DNA of 64,000 nucleotides, from contig JAHECO010000001.1 in assembly GCA_024641705.1 (NCBI GenBank), positions 195,897 through 259,896 of the forward strand, written 5' to 3'. Under the pieces are notes generated by a model. The model did no database searches, was not told the origin of the DNA, and worked only from the letters and a program-made list of their open reading frames with translations. Origin of the DNA: Candidatus Kryptoniota bacterium. Lineage in GTDB: Bacteria; Bacteroidota; Ignavibacteria; Kryptoniales; JAKASW01. The first letter of the stretch is position 1. Every line of letters starts with the position of its first letter. The translations under genes and the position numbers were made by a program. This document shows positions 62,808 through 64,000 of the stretch, piece after piece.

Positions 62808-64000
62808 TTGTTAAAGAACATATTGAAAAAGCTATTCGGCCAGAAGGCCGCGAAACCGGAAGTAAGAAAAGCCGAAGAGAACGCTCCTAAGAAGAGCGAA
62901 GATAGACCGCAACAGAATCAGAGACATGATCAGCGGAGGAATCAGGGAAATCAGAGAGGCCACGGAGACCAAAGAGACCAGAGAAGAAACAAAGGGGATG
63001 GGAGACAGCAGCAAAGCGCCAGAAACCAGAGGCAGGACAGGCGGCCGCGCACTGAAGCCAAACGTCCTCCCGAAAAGCCAAAAGCGCCCCGGCGCGACGC
63101 AGGTTCGTGGGATGTTTCGAAGTACGTCGTCCCGCCGGCTGAAGGCAAGAACAGGTTCCATGATTTCCCGATCCGCCAAGAGGTAATGCATGCCATAGCC
63201 GACAAGGGGTTCAAGTACTGTACCCCGATCCAGGCGGGAATACTTCCGAAAGCTCTTGAAGGGCTTGACGCTGCCGGACGTGCCCAAACAGGGACCGGGA
63301 AGACTGCGGCGTTTCTCATATCTATCATTACAAGGTTGCTCGACAACCCGCTGCCCGAGCCGAACCGCAAGGCGCCTCGCGCGTTGATACTCGCCCCCAC
63401 CAGGGAACTCGCGATGCAGATCAAGAATGACGCCGACGAGCTGATAAAATATACTGACATCAAAGTGCTTGCAGTTCTAGGAGGGATGGAATACCAGGAA
63501 CAGAAGAACACTCTTGCGGGTGAAAATGTGGACATCGTAGTTGCCACTCCCGGAAGGCTCCTGGACTTCAAGAAGCAGGGGAGTATACACCTGGACAAGG
63601 TGGAGATACTCATCATCGACGAAGCCGACAGGATGCTCGACATGGGATTCATACCGGACGTCAGGCAGATCATAGAAAGCACGCCTCCGAAATCGAGGAG
63701 GCAGACGATGCTCTTCAGCGCGACGCTTACTCCGGAGGTCAACAGGCTCGCTTCCAAATGGACGACCGAACCGAGCATCGTGGAAATCGAGCCAGAGAGA
63801 GTCGTCGTAAAAACGATAAAGCAGGTGTTCTATCTCACGATGGATATCGAGAAATTCAAGATCCTCTATAATCTCATCACGAAGCGCGGGCTCGATAAGG
63901 TCCTCGTCTTCACGAACCGCAAGGACACCGCCAGAGATCTGAAAGATCACCTCTCCGCGTACGGCATCAATTGCTCTCTTCTCTCGGGAGATGTCGAGCA
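62808..64000 (+). CDS. DEAD-box RNA helicase, 3' end outside window, with an Arg/Gln-rich N-terminal extension
   Basis: Not in the ORF track because it is open at the window edge. Frame traced by hand: Q-motif F.DF.I...V..AI...GF..CTPIQ, motif I AQTGTGKT, Ia PTRELA, DEAD at IIDEADRMLDMGF, SAT. The likely start, TTG 62808 (MLKNILKKLFGQ), is tentative. Confidence 0.85.
   Translation, partial: MLKNILKKLFGQKAAKPEVRKAEENAPKKSEDRPQQNQRHDQRRNQGNQRGHGDQRDQRRNKGDGRQQQSARNQRQDRRPRTEAKRPPEKPKAPRRDAGSWDVSKYVVPPAEGKNRFHDFPIRQEVMHAIADKGFKYCTPIQAGILPKALEGLDAAGRAQTGTGKTAAFLISIITRLLDNPLPEPNRKAPRALILAPTRELAMQIKNDADELIKYTDIKVLAVLGGMEYQEQKNTLAGENVDIVVATPGRLLDFKKQGSIHLDKVEILIIDEADRMLDMGFIPDVRQIIESTPPKSRRQTMLFSATLTPEVNRLASKWTTEPSIVEIEPERVVVKTIKQVFYLTMDIEKFKILYNLITKRGLDKVLVFTNRKDTARDLKDHLSAYGINCSLLSGDVE

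Overview
64-kb window from a moderately GC-rich, flagellated diderm bacterium. PorV/PorQ-like OMPs, a YkgJ/DUF3109-like protein and an orphan FtsX permease hint at an FCB-group or Ignavibacteria-like lineage, but that is inference only. Layout: (i) 1-22 kb is one very compact + strand flagellar/signalling super-operon: flhB' flhA flhF flhG orf fliA HDOD-sigma4 HDOD GAF-kinase orf flgF flgG flgA flgH flgI flgJ flgN flgK flgL motA motB fliW csrA REC-HPt cheY-like GT2-TPR. (ii) 22-39.25 kb is housekeeping: hbd, ackA, BtpA-like, methyltransferase, CPA2 antiporter, MscS, an ECF sigma/ZAS pair, yceD-rpmF-plsX-fabH-fabD-[Cys-rich orf]-fabG-acpP-fabF, rnc and a Tat-exported GHL10-like protein. (iii) 39.25-42.66 kb is the only clearly accessory segment. 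It holds a hairpin-rich non-coding gap, a near-consensus sigma70 promoter, a decayed ORF6N gene and an AT-rich 723-aa AAA_13 (PrrC/RloC-like) ABC-ATPase with a CxxC hook, with no restriction-modification genes nearby. (iv) 42.66-64 kb holds a LonC-like protease, an ECF sigma/anti-sigma/TonB-C/FtsX/TPR cluster, envelope proteins, carA, glnB, era, DinB, DUF1015, two tandem PorV-like barrels, murB and a 3'-truncated DEAD-box helicase. I recognised no rRNA, tRNA, CRISPR array, transposase or integrase. Best candidates for new biology are the stand-alone RloC-like cassette and an HDOD protein fused to a FliA-like sigma region 4, encoded immediately after fliA. All family assignments rest on motifs read by eye and remembered family consensus. 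No searches were run.
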